Shown piece after piece: positions 50,490 to 63,430 of a stretch of 64,000 nucleotides of DNA. The stretch's first letter is position 1. The number at the start of each line of letters is the position of its first letter. The translations under genes were made by a program, and so were the position numbers. The DNA is from Eledone cirrhosa (lineage: Eukaryota), in NCBI GenBank assembly GCA_964016885.1, contig OZ024744.1:41354001-41418000 (forward strand), written 5' to 3'. The notes below the pieces were generated by a model, which saw nothing but the letters and a program-made list of their open reading frames with translations, was not told the DNA's origin and ran no database searches.

Positions 50490-50640
50490 CTATTCCATTC
50501 ATGTTATGAGCTCAAGGCGTCATAAAGAAATGTGTTCAAAAGTTTCTAGAAAACATACCTGGTAAAACTGGCATCTATGAAATGCAAAGGATAGTTCTAA
50601 CAAGTAGCACCCACATACTTTGTAGATATTTGCCATTGTA
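50490..50640 (+). mobile_element. R4/Dong-like extreme 3' coding remnant
   Basis: FLENIPGKTGIYEMQRIVLTSSTHILCRYL, similar to the end of ORF 60919-61875. Confidence 0.6.
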
Positions 50641-51310
50641 ATATATGTCAACACAATCTTGCCTGTTTAATTTTTAGAGCAAATTTAATTAATACTTAAT
50701 ACCATACTAATATCTTTAATGCGGAATCATTTCATATATTTTATACTCCTTAATACTTCTTTTTATCTCCTTCTACTCCTACCTTTCTATATTTTCTCCA
50801 TTTTTTTTTTATTTTTAAACTTATATATCTATCTACTTTTGTGATGTGACTTGTTAAGTGAATGTGAGGACGGAACAAAATAAAAAAAAAATCTATAAAA
50901 AACTCTGAAAACCAACAATGCTTGCCCAAGTATCTGGTTGATACTCTGTAGTCATTGTAAATAGAGACAATATTTGCTCATATTTTTTTCAAAATGATTA
51001 TATCTGTATCTACAGATATATCTCAATTTTAGAAGATCCCGCATAAGGGTGTAAGCAGAAATTGTTTGCTTAAACTATTATTCTGCACTAATCATGATTT
51101 CTAGTATAGGCACAAGACCAGTAATTTTGGGGGAGGGGAAAGTCAATTAAATCGACCCCAGTATGTTACTGGTACTCTATTTTATTGACCCCGTAAGGAT
51201 GAAAGATAAAGTTAACCTTGGCAATAAATACTTACTCTACATATATATATATATATAAAACTCTTATCGGGCCCTCTCTGGATTTTGGTCTTTGTATTTA
51301 TTATTACTAT

Positions 51311-51600
51311 TCATCATCATCATCATCATCATCGTTTAACGTCCATGTTCCACGCTTGCATGGGTTTGGACGGGAGTTTTCCCACTTGAGGCAAGAGTGG
51401 TTGTCTTGCTTGCATAAGACTGTCTGGCGGGTTTTCTACAGCTGGATGCCCTTCCTAACACCAACCACATTTACAGTGTGGGGCTGGGAGGTTTTTACCG
51501 TGTTGCCTACACGGCCACATTACAGCGTGGACTGTGTGTTTTTTTGTCGTGACACCTACACGATCTCATTTGTTTCGGCCTGGATGTTGTGGCACCAACA
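51311..51600 (-). mobile_element. Headless RTE-bipartite SINE body (other copies 34073-34300, 51843-52085, 57965-58158)
   Basis: GGTGTTAGGAAGGGCATCC plus CCCATGC..GGAC.TTAAA then (GAT)n. Confidence 0.8.
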
Positions 51601-51621
51601 TACTATTATATATATATATTA

Positions 51622-51808
51622 AGGCGGTGGATTGGCAGTATCAGTAGAGGGTCGGACGCCATGCTTTCCAGCATAGTTACGTCCCTTTACGATCTGAGTT
51701 CAAATCCCGCCGAGGTTGACTTTGCCTTTCATCCTTACGGGGTCGATAAAATAAAGTACCAGTAATGCACTGGGTAATTGCTGGCCTTGTGCCTAAAGTA
51801 GAAACAAC

Positions 51809-51810
<2 letters not shown>
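51622..51810 (+). mobile_element. SINE family 2, full length
   Basis: GGCGGTGGATTGGCAGTATC...GAGTTCAAATCCCGCCGAGG...GTAGAAAC. Confidence 0.9.
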
Positions 51811-51844
<34 letters not shown>

Positions 51845-53011
51845 TCATGTAGGTGTCACAACAGCCACACTGTAAAGTGGTAGTGTAAGAGACACAACAA
51901 AAAGCACCCAGCTCACACTGTAAATGAGGTTGGCGTTAGGAAGGGCATCAAGCCATAGAAAACCTACCAGAAATAGTCCTATATGAGCGAGATATGGTCA
52001 CCTGACCCAACTTGCCTCAAATGTGACAAATCCGTTTAACCCATGCTAGCATGGAAGATGGACATTAAATGATGATGATGATGATGGTAAACTCAGATAC
52101 ACATATGTGTGAATGTATCTGTGTGTATATGTGGATGTGTTTAACATTTGTTTAATTTAGAAGTTCAACAAAAAGAGATTGATAAAATAAGTACTGAAGT
52201 CAAAAGGATTAATTAAATCCTTTCAAAGCAGTGCCTCAACATGGTTGCAGTCGAATGTCTGAAACAAGTAAATGATAGTGATATCTATTATACAGAAACC
52301 ACATAATATGACTGCTGTGGCATAATAATGTCTGTCTTGCCAATAATAGTGCTTTGTGCAAGTTGGTAGGTGGTTTGACAAGAAATAAGGATGATAAGAA
52401 ATAAGGATGATAAGAAATAAGGAGAAGAACATGCATGTTCTAGCTTGTTCTTGAGTGGCATAGAAGATGTATAAGGTTGAGTATGAACGTTTAGTTTACA
52501 TCTGGGTGGAATTCTAGTTTGACTACTTTTTTTGTAAGTGTGTTTAATTATAGGTTATGTCAAGGACATGACAGCCTCTTTAGTGTTTAGTGACCTACAT
52601 GCTAAATGTACCCAGTACACACTGTAAAGTGGTTGGTTTTAGGAAGGGCATTCACCCATAGAAAGCTTCATTGACAAAGGGTTGGAAGGACCCTTCAGTT
52701 GTGTCAAAGACATGACAACCACACCTGTTGACTTGGTAGAACATAAGACCATACATAAGCAAGACACAGATCCCTGCCCTGTCTGTGAGAACAGTGACTT
52801 TGTTTCAGTACTGACTGGTCTATGTAGACCTATCCAACCCTTGCTAGCAGGAAAGGGGATGTTAAAATGACAACGATGATAATGGTATATATATATGAAT
52901 CCAGTTCCTCGGAGCACTAACAATACACTCAGAAGCAGGACATATCGATGTATTGACAGAATGAAACACACTTCAACAACATGTGTACCTGCCTTTTCCG
53001 CACAAATTTGG

Positions 53012-53066
53012 ACTGCATGAAGAGGTCACAGCCAATAATAGCTGTCACCGAAATATATATAGCAGT
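53012..53066 (+). ncRNA. Minimal type I hammerhead motif, A at position 3
   Basis: ACTGC-ATGAAGA-GGTcACAGC caataata GCTGTcACC-GAAA-T ATAT ATA-GCAGT. Confidence 0.7.
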
Positions 53067-53583
53067 AAATTTATAATTTATAATAAACGAAGCCGAATTT
53101 TACATATTTGACTTACTTATTTTATTTTATATATATAACATACATAATTGTGATCATCAATTTCTATATACTTTTGTTACATAGACTATGAAATCTTGGT
53201 TCAATTAAATTATTGATGTCATAATTTAACCAAAAGCCTGGAAACAAATGACATTAAATATTGTTTGTGTCAATAAAGAATATCAAGTGTCAACAAAAGA
53301 ATTCTAAATGTCTAAAAAAAATTGTCTGAATTAGGAACATAAAAAAAAAAATTTCTATGGATTTTTTTTAGTATGTTTTGAAATTGTTTCAATATGAAAA
53401 GTATATGTGCATATATGAGTGTGTAAGTATACACACACACACACACATATATATATAAGTAGAAGGGGTATTTAATTTGTTGGAAGTCTGACAAATATAA
53501 CTGATTTAGAGCACTCAACTGGTTACTGGAGTAAATATTCAATGATATTAAATAAATGGAAACTATATTTATAAAACCATATT

Positions 53584-53646
53584 TATTTTATTATATATAT
53601 TTCAAGGGTACCAAAACACATTGGTATGCTTTCATCGGATAAAATA
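53584..53646 (-). ncRNA. Hammerhead motif, left-arm copy (CCGATGA core lesion)
   Basis: Reverse complement of 54465-54527 with U4-to-C but intact TACCA/TGGTA pairing in stem II. Confidence 0.65.
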
Positions 53647-54464
53647 CAAAGTTTGTTTCATAAATAGAGACATGGATATTCACTGGATAGTGGAAATATA
53701 TTAGGGATTTTTCAAACTTAAGTGTGAATATGCAAATGAATATGTAAATAATTGAAAAACAACCGTTTATTTAAACGAATATGGAGAGAGAGAAGAGATA
53801 AGAGGAGAAGAATAAAATAGTGCGAGAGAGAGAGAAGAAAGAAAAGAGAGAGAGAAGAAAGAAACAAGAGAAGATGAATAAAAAAACTCATATAACGTTA
53901 ATTTGAGGGAAATATATTCTAAGTATATATCATAATAGTAGTGTATTTACGATTATCAGTTGTTTAAAATTTGTTTAGAATATAATATTTTTCTTCTGTT
54001 ATAAGTAGATAAATAAATAAATACATAAATAAATACATAAATAAATAAATAAATGGGTATATCATGTTATAGATAATTGTTCTAATGAGTTATGAGGGAT
54101 ATTGGTTTTGTATTTAATGTAAATAAATATTAAGTTAAATTAAATTAAATTAACTGAGTTGATAAGAATATTTATATTTATATGATTTAAAATGGGAAGA
54201 TACGGAAAAAAACTCTTTATTCATCTTCTCTTGTTTCTTTCTTCTCTCTCACTCTCTCACACTATTTTATCCTTCTCCTCTTATCTCTTCTCTCTCTCTC
54301 CATAGTCGTTTAAATAAACGGTTGTTTTTCAATTATTTACATATTCATTTGCATATTCACACATAAGTTTGAAAAATCCCTAATATATTTCCACTATCCA
54401 GTGAATATCCAACCGATAAGGTATGATTTTCATGGGTATGTCTCTATTTATAAAACAAACTTTG

Positions 54465-54527
54465 TATTTTATCTGATGAAAGCATACCAATGTGTTTTGT
54501 TACCCTTGAAATATATATAATAAAATA
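54465..54527 (+). ncRNA. Minimal type I hammerhead ribozyme, canonical core
   Basis: TATTTTAT-CTGATGA-AAG..CTT-GAAA-T ATAT ATA-ATAAAATA; 8-bp stem I; predicted cleavage after 54519. Confidence 0.8.
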
Positions 54528-54716
54528 AATATGGTTTTATAAATATAGTTTCCATTTATTTAATATCATTGTATATATATATATATATATATAGATATAT
54601 ATGAGCAAGACTTGGTCACCTGACCCAATTGGCCTCTAAATGAGACAAAGCCATCTAATCCATGCTAGCATGGAAGATAAACATTAATCGATGATGATGA
54701 TGATGATATATATATA

Positions 54717-54905
54717 GAAGAAGAAGAAGAAGAAGAAGAAGAAGAAGAAGAAGAAGAAGAAGAAGAAGAAAAGAGAAGAAAGAGTAGAAGGACAAGAAGA
54801 AGAAAAAGAAAAAGAAAAGAAAAAGAAAAAGAAAAAGGAGAAGAAGGAGAAGAAGAAAAATAAGAAGAAAAAGAAAAAAGAAGAAGGAGGAGGAGGAGGG
54901 GGAAA

Positions 54906-54990
<85 letters not shown>

Positions 54991-55175
54991 AAAAAGAAGA
55001 AGAAGAAGAAGAAGAAGAAGAAGAAGAAAAAGAAGAAGAAGAAGAAGAAGAAGAAGAAGAAGGAAAAGAAGAAGAAGAAGAAGAAGAAGAAGAAGAAGAA
55101 GAAGAAGAAGAAGAAGAAGAAGAAGAAGAAGAAGAAGAAGAAGAAGAAGAAGAAGAAGGAGGAGAAGAAGAAGAA
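54717..55175. repeat. Compound (GAA)n/(AAT)n microsatellite
   Basis: Direct inspection. Confidence 0.97.
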
Positions 55176-55590
55176 TGATAGATAATGTTGTCATGGCAAT
55201 GAAAAGGTCAATGTATTTTTCTCAAATGGCAATGGAGGTGAAATAAAGTTAGAGATATGTTGTGCAAACTGGCATCACAAGTGTAATACGATCTTAATGT
55301 GCGAAACTGCACTGTCAGCAAGGTGGCTGACGAGATAGAGATGCAACTGTCGTCTTAGGAGAATTGTAAAAGAAACATAACCACTTTAGCTCATATTTTG
55401 ATAATGATGTTTTCTCTGAATGTTATTTTTTTAATTTTTGTTTTTGTCTTTGTAACTCTTATTTTACTAATTTCTGAAATTATTTTTTTTTTCAATTTTG
55501 AAACATTTAAAATGAAATTACATCATGTATCTAAGTAAAATGGAATTTCTGTACGAGCATGTTGTTAGTTTAACAAACTTTTGTTTAATA

Positions 55591-55685
55591 TAGTGGAACC
55601 TTGCTTCACAAACTTAATTCATTTTTGAAAGCCGTTCTTCATCTGAAATGTTTGTTAAGCAAAACTATTTCTCCTATACAAAATG

Positions 55686-55725
<40 letters not shown>

Positions 55726-55903
55726 TCATCATAGTGACTAACTCCACAGCAAGTGATGTTTTCCCACCAATGCTCTCAGCTTGTTGCCACCATTGGTATT
55801 CATTACTCAAAACATCATGAACTGAGACATTTCATGTTCAGAAAAATTGTTCGTGAACTGATTTGTTCATGATGAGAAGTGTTTGTGAACTGAGGTTCCA
55901 TTG
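55591..55903. mobile_element. pogo/Tigger-like MITE
   Basis: TA|TAGTGGAACCTTGCTTCACAAAC ... GTTTGTGAACTGAGGTTCCATTG|TA. Confidence 0.75.
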
Positions 55904-56049
55904 TATATATATTTTTTCAATTTTAACATTAAAAGAAAGAGATTTCAACACACTGAAATCTGCTGATGCAGTAGCACCTAATGAATGTAAGGAGAGAGAG
56001 AAAAAAGAACTTGAAAGGAATGGAAGGATAAACTATTAGACAGTACACT

Positions 56050-56440
56050 AGAGATAAAGTAGGTGTTGACTGGTAAAAGAGCTGGTCGTGGCTTAAGAAT
56101 CGTGATATGAAAGAATGCACTGAAGCTCTGGCCCAGGAGCAGGCTCTTCAAATAAACTATATTAAACATCATGTTGAAGTTTATTCTGCACTGTAGACCT
56201 GCCTGATAGATGGATCTGTCCTACACATCATAGTTGTTTGACACAAGCCCACAACTCTGCAATGCACAGGCACTGGGCAATAGCATGCAGGATGGTTTGT
56301 TGCTCTGTGTTCATCTTCGATAGGTCCAGCTGTTGGCAGTTCCATGTCTGTAGAGCTTGTCTCAAACTGGTAGTGCCCCTCTGTAGCACAAGTTTGAGAG
56401 GAATTCTTCTCAAGATTTCCAATTCACCGCATCAAAGGCT
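56050..56440 (-). mobile_element. Decayed Tx1-like ORF2 C-terminal fragment
   Basis: CYRGALPV*DKLYRHG, TILHAIAQC..LWACVKQL. Confidence 0.65.
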
Positions 56441-57045
56441 CTAAAGCCAACAGAGGAGATGGGAGAGGGGACATCCCTGAACTTTTGATTTGGAAAGATT
56501 GTGGCATATGGCTGTTCAATTTGATCACTGAACAGATAGCTACATGGCCAGCAATTTAGCAGAAGGAAAAATCAATTATATCAACCCCAGTATTAACTGG
56601 TGCTTTAGTTTATCAATCCTGGAAGAGCCATAAAGCATTTAACAACTCCCTTACAATTCTGCCAATCAACCACACTCTAATACAGAGTTGAATAAATCTG
56701 GTAAAGTACTCTTGGAGACAGCTGATCACAGTTTAACCATTAATAATTGTTTCTACTTTTGGCACAAGGCCAGCAATTATCCCAGTGTATTACTGGTACT
56801 TTATTTTATCGACCCCGTAAGGATGAAAGGCAAAGTTAACCTGGGCGGGATTTGAACCATTAATAATGATAAGTATAAATAATCCTTACCTGCCACTTTT
56901 GAGTCGTATGCAACACCAACACCACATTTAGAATTATCTCTTTTAGCAGCAACCTCTCCAGCGCAACGTGTTCCATGGCTGAAATAGAGAAGCAATGTGT
57001 TATATAAATAAATAAGGCATGCAAACACACATACAGACACACACA

Positions 57046-57516
57046 TCTAAACTATAATAAAGTAAGGAGCGCGGGACTGCGTACGGTTTATAATTTGTTA
57101 TCCTATTAGTAAAATAAGTTGGATTACTTTGAATAAATAATGAATGAATATTACATAATTTATCTACTAAATTTCGTGGCTTTTGATTAAATATATTTTG
57201 CTTATTTAAAGATTCACTTCTTTAAAATTTCTGAAATGTCAACACTTCCGGTTGGCCATCGCTTAAATAAACATACTAATTTCCTCCTAATGCAGTTTAT
57301 ATATAATATCGTCTTTTTTAAAAATGTATCATGAATTACGTTACTGATTACATAAGACAGTGTAACGCAGTCTTCGTTCAATTTCTGTGTATTATATATT
57401 GTCAATTATGATTTTATTTGATGTATCATATCTACATGTATATATACCTGCATATAATATCAATATACACACTACACATGCTAGCAGAAAACCACCCGAA
57501 GGGTGGTTTCTGCTAG
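57046..57516 (+). mobile_element. Non-autonomous Helitron-like element
   Basis: A|TCTAAACTATAATAAAG ... hairpin CTAGCAGAAAACCACCCGAAGGGTGGTTTCTGCTAG|T. Confidence 0.7.
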
Positions 57517-59260
57517 TGGTGGTAATGATTGCCAACATTCACTAGGAGATAATCATATATATCCACTCTGGGGCTACCTTTAGGATAATTAGACCTCAGA
57601 GTTTATACAAATGTGTGCAGTTAACTTAAATATATAACAACTACCTGTAATCAAAAATAAATCACTAAATATCCAAAGTGATAGAGAGGACCATATGGTC
57701 TTATAATAATCTGTTACACGATTTGGTATGAATGTTGACTGTGCAATAGAAAATGCAGGTTGTCATTTTTTTGTTGCTGTGGTCAGTGTAAGGAGTGTAA
57801 AAAAACTAGGTTTGTCAGCTTACCAAACTGTATATAGGTTGAAATTATTCCATTTGAGTGAATAGGTACATAACTGGGAAGTAGGTGTATATTGTAGGGC
57901 TAGCCTAAAGCACCAAATACGCAGGTGCAAATTTTGATATGTATGTATATATATATATATTCTCATCATTATTTAACGTCTATCTTGCATGCTAGCATGG
58001 GTTAGAGGGGAATTGTCCCACTTGAGGCAAGATTGGTCGGGTGACTGTATCTCACTCGTATAGGACTATCTGGCAGGTTTTCTACGGCTGGATGCCCTTC
58101 CTAACACCAACCACATTTACAGTGTGGACTGGGAGCTTTTTACCATGTTACCTACACCTTATATATGTATATAAGCAAATATTGTATCAAGAAAAATATA
58201 AACGCTGGTGTGAAGAAGATTAGGAATTTATTTGCTTATATCCCAATAATATGAACAAAGTTTTAACACTGAAAAGCTTCATGTACACAATGTTGTCATT
58301 ATTTCAACACTGTCACTGTTCCTATATCATTTTGTGTAGTTATTGAATCAAACTCATGACCCTACAATCATGAGCCCACTACCCTAACCACTAAGTCACA
58401 TGAATTCACAGTTGGAAAGTACAGACCTACTTTACATTGTCACAATACCTACATTATCTTGTGTTGTTATTAGAGACATGGCTACATACAGTTGTTCCCC
58501 GTATACAAGCATATCAGCTAAGTAGTGTCATTTCTCTGATGTCCAAGCTATGCACTTTATCAAAGACTTTTGAGAGGAACCCCATTTCAGTTGTTCATGA
58601 TTGTATTCTTTCAATAATTACCCAAGATTTGTGACTATAGGTAAAGGTAGGCATGAATACTTAATTGAAAATTGTGAATTTGGCTTTTACACATACCTCC
58701 CTGTTGGCTACTAATGTATTCCATTTAGATTGTCACTCTGGTCGATCAAACCTCAACAACATTCTGTTTTTAGTTCCTGCTGATTCTTTCAAACCCATTG
58801 GAGTTATCCTTTAACTTGGCAATAACAATTGACAACGTATTTTTTGTGATAAACGTCCTTCTAAAATGATACATTTCAACATTGATGATTGAATGCATCT
58901 CCCATTATATATAGCAGTTTATCTAAATGATATTTTCTTATTATTACTCCTATGGGTTTCATATCCTGATCTATCCCTCCTCTAAGGAAACAAAATGATA
59001 AAGTACAATGTGTCAATCCTGATTCAGTTGGTTAATTCACTGAAAATGTTGATCATATTTACTTAAAACAATGGTACAGTGTTTATTACTATACTTTTCT
59101 GTTCCAGATAGTAAAGCTATTATTTCAGAAGCAATAGAAACATAATTTCTCATAGAACATGAACCAATAATCAGATTGAAATGCAATATGCCACAGTTGA
59201 TAGGTGAGATGATATGTGGCATGTAAATGTTCAAATACAGACTATGCTTATACTACATAC

Positions 59261-59338
59261 TCAGGTGAAATGTCAGGGTGTTCATTCAAATTTGGCATAA
59301 TGTGCATTTGATGGTCAGTAGGAATATCTTTATTATAG
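59261..59338 (-). CDS. Candidate 78-nt host exon
   Basis: AG|C TAT AAT.. YNKDIPTDHQMHIMPNLNEHPDISP GA|GTATGT; acceptor is weak. Confidence 0.3.
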
Positions 59339-59689
59339 CTTTATAGACATAAATCTTGGTAAATGATGCTATTTTAATTAGAGGCATATATTCCATTTGA
59401 CAAATGGTGGTACATGTATCATCATCATCATCATCATCATCATCAGTATCATCGTTTAACGTCCATTTTTCATGGTAGAGATTGTAATTATACTTGAGGT
59501 GAAAGTTAATGCTATATTGTAACAGATTGAGTTTTAACAAATTTCAGAGCTGGTTCAACTCAAATTCAATAATGTTATAAATCCAATTAATGTTCAATTC
59601 CAACTTTAGTAGTTTGAATTTTCTATGACAACGAGTTCATAATTCAGAGATCAGAGAGTTGCGCTAGATAGAGATGCTACATCTTCAAA

Positions 59690-59910
59690 TTTAGAGACAG
59701 TACTATAGACATGTGGTTAGAGGCAAAACCAACCTATAGGAGACCCTGGAGTAGACCTTAAATAAGATGGTTAGATGCCATCCATGAGCTTGGTTGGTCT
59801 CACTAAAGGATCCAGCTCTCCAGCTGGTTCAATTGGAGAAGGTTGCCTCTGGCAGGCCTTTTTGGAAGGTGTGCTTGAGGACTACCCCAATGACACTTCC
59901 AAGAAGAAGA
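59690..59910 (+). mobile_element. RTE-like 3' end remnant with (AAG)n tail
   Basis: PTYRRPWSRP*IRWLDAI. Confidence 0.55.
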
Positions 59911-59980
59911 AGAAAAAGAAAAAGAAAAAGAAAAAGAAAAAGAAAAAGAAAAAGAAAAAGAAAAAGAAAAAAAAGAAGAC

Positions 59981-60029
<49 letters not shown>

Positions 60030-60036
<7 letters not shown>

Positions 60037-62040
60037 GCATTTGATAGTTTGCCACACAGTTGGATTGAAAAATGTTTAGAGATTTTCAAAGTATCCCCCG
60101 TTGTCAGGAGGTTTTTGTCATTCAGTATGAAGACATGGAAAACGACACTCCTTTTGAATAGTGAAACAAAATCACTGGAAGCTGGAGAAGTTAATATTAA
60201 TTGTGGAATTTTTCAGGGTGACTCTTTATCACCGCTTTTATTCTGCATCGCACTTATACCATTAAGTAAAATGCTCAATGAAACAAAACATGGATATAAA
60301 GTCTATGACAAAACCATTAATCACCTGTTATACACGGATGACCTGAAACTATTTGCAAAAAATGATGAACAATTGCAAGGGCTATTATCCACTGTTGAGC
60401 AGTTCAGTGATGACATTAAAATGGAGTTTGGACTAGATAAATGCGCCAAAGCAACGTTCACCAAAGCTGGTGAAGAGTTCAGACATTAATCTTGATCGAG
60501 GGAACGTGATAAGAGAACTTGATCAAGAAAAAACTTACAAATATCTAGGTGTTTGTGAAGGAGACGGAATCAAGCACTCGACAATGAGGGAAAGGATAAG
60601 GAAGGAATGTTACCTCAGAGTAAGAGCAATCTTAAGAACGGAATTGAATGCAAGGAATAGGATCGATGCCATAAACACGCTTGCCATACCAGTAGTAACC
60701 TACAGTTACAATGTCATCAACTGGTCAAGCACAGAGATCCGTAGGCTCGATACAAAAATTCGAAAATTCTTAACCATGCACAGAATGCATCACCCTAAGG
60801 CAGATATAGATAGAATATATCTCCCTAGGAAAGAAGGAGGACGTGGGTTAATCCAGTTAGACATTGCGTTGAAAACTGCAACAATTGGATTATCTACATA
60901 TCTAAGGGAATCACATGATTGGATGATCAAACTCGTTTTGAAACACGAAAGCATCAAAAGATCATATTCCATTACAAAAATGCACAAAGATACAGTAATG
61001 GACTACAAATTTCAGAAGTCCCATTTACTGCTGAAATGGAAAACACAGAAAAAGCAAAGCAGGTAAAAGTAACTGCAAAGAAAGAACTGCTACAGAAACT
61101 GGCTAAGAAATGGCAAGAAAAGCCTCTGTATGGAAAATACCCAGAGCGAGCTAACAATCCTGATGTTGACAAAACTTTAACTCATCAGTGGTTGGCATCC
61201 TCTGGACTGAAATCGGAGACTGAAGGACTAATTATATCGGCACAAGATCAGTGTCTGCCAACAAAAAATTACCAAGCCAACATAATAAAAAATGGGTGCA
61301 GCCCATTATGCCGTGTATGCAAAAAACAACCAGAGACCATTGACCATATAATTTCAATGTGCAGTCCTATAGCTCCAACCGAATACCTAAACAGGCATGA
61401 CAGAACTGCACAATACATACATTGGATAATGTGTAAGTATTTTGACCTGCCCCATCAAAAGAATTGGTGGGAGCATCAACCACCTCCCATACTTGAAAAA
61501 GATCACATCTCAATCTTGTGGAACTTTAGCATCCAAACAGACCGAAAAATAGATGCAAACAGACCTGATATAATATTGAAAGACTTTCAAAAGAGGGTAT
61601 GCCTGCTAATTGATATGTCTGTTCCAATAGACAAGAATGTATCTATAAAAACATTTGAAAAATTGAGCAAGTATAAGGACCTGGAGATAGAAATTGGAAA
61701 AATGTGGAAATTGAGAACTAAAACAATACCAGTGGTTGTAGGCGCTCTGGGAATGATACCTAAGGGGTCTAATGACTACTTATCGCAAATCCCAGGAAAC
61801 CCGCGTATAGGAGAAATACAAAAGATAGTATTAATGGGAACTGCCCATATACTAAGGAAGATTCTGTCAATATAAGTACATCACAAATCTAAACACTAAA
61901 GATGCATGTGTGAATATGTATGTTCTTTCTTGAACATGGCCGACCTTGTTGTCTCTTGAGGTCACTGGTTGTGACTTGGTGATAACTCGTATGAACATAA
62001 AGCAAGATAAATGCAACTGTAATAATAATAATAATAATGA
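60030..62040 (+). mobile_element. R4/Dong-like LINE (RT + endonuclease) flanked on both sides by (AAT)n
   Basis: KKAFDSLPH, GIFQGDSLSPLLF, YTDDLK, YKYLG, GGRGL, CRVC..ETIDHI..C, RHD, NRPDII..DMSVP; two frameshifts. Confidence 0.93.
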
Positions 62041-63430
62041 TTTCATTTATTAGCCACAAGGGCCGACATGTAGGGGACAATACAAAGACAGGGACAGTGG
62101 GGGTTTACAATAAGGTCGAGTAAAAGTGCACAATGGCAAGACTAATTTAGCAATGAAAATATAAAAATATAAAATAAACTATGCATAAATATAACAAAAT
62201 AAATTCCCCGATAGGGGGTGGACGAGCCTGGGGTGACTCGGGTACCCCACCAATCCTGAACCACCCTGCGCTTCTAGGGCACCCAGCGAGAGCACCCCTC
62301 TCCTCAAGTTAGCTAGCCTATAGGCGTATGGTCAGAGTAGGCCCATTCACACGAGCCATTCTCGCCACATTCACTCACCTTTTAGCAAATGTACTGGGGG
62401 GCAGCACTTCTCTCTCCACCCTCACCCTCCTTTCCAGGTGAAACTTGAAGAAGTTGATGAGGGATTGGCCGAAGAGAAAAGTGTCTGTCTTTAGTCCTTT
62501 CAACCTGGTCCACCATATAATCTCTTTCGCAACTGCCACCAGACAGAGGAAAATTTCCTGCTCTTCCTGACCTAAGAAAGGCGGTGGATCGATCTTCACT
62601 ATGGACTCGGACGATAGCCGGATTCGTTCCACACGGGACAGTAGCTGTTCGACATAACTCCACAAGTCAGTAATGCGCGGACATTGGACAAGTGCGTGCA
62701 GAACGGTTTCGTCGTTCTGTGCGCATCTTGGGCAGGTCCGTCTGACAGGACTTTCGTGCCTGTAGAGTTTATCCCGAACCGGCAGTGCCCCCGGTAGCAC
62801 TGCCAAGCGAGGGATTTCTGGAAATTGCCCATCGTCCCCGGCTCAAAAGTCCTCCGGTACAAACTGGTCAGTTTGACTTCGTCGAGGCCCAAAGCTGCTC
62901 CAAGTGCGTCATCGCAGTTGCCCACCACTAATCCTCTATAGAACTCGAGAGTGGAAGTTCCACTGATCACATTGCTCGCTTGGTAGAGGGCAGTGAGTGC
63001 CTGGCAACATTCCAGGTGCCAGTCACCCAGTCTCGGTCTCTTCTTGACCCAGGACTGCAGCTCAGTCAAAGAAATGAGCTGCGGAAAGGCCCGTCTGATA
63101 AACGGCGACCACACCTGTTCACCGTTGAGGCAGAATATCTGGAGATGTCGCAGCCTCAACGCATGTCTGCGCATCATTAGCCACGGCATGGCAAGCCCTC
63201 CGCGTAGAGGGTGCTGGCAGCAGATGGACTGCCTCACCAACGGAACTTGTCCCCTCCACAAGAATTTGAAGAGGAGCCGTAACCAAATTGAAGAGGCGCG
63301 GACGGGGGCAAGGCATGACGGTCAGGCGGTAGTAGATGACGGACGCGATGTACGCATTCGCCACCTCCGTGCGACCTTTCAGTGATAGCTTCCTCCCAGC
63401 CCATTTTGGGGTGAGACTGGCTACTCTGCT
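62041..63430 (-). mobile_element. 5'-truncated Tx1-like LINE
   Basis: WAGRKLSLKGRTEVANAYIASV, GGLAMP, LPVRDKL..CPRC..ETVLHALVQC; 3' end at (ATT)n. Confidence 0.85.

Larger units (their letters stand above)
53540..54571. mobile_element. ~340-bp inverted repeat pair (53540-53882 and 54216-54571), Penelope pLTR-like
   Basis: Arms are near-identical reverse complements and each carries a hammerhead; ends in (TA)n. Confidence 0.88.
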
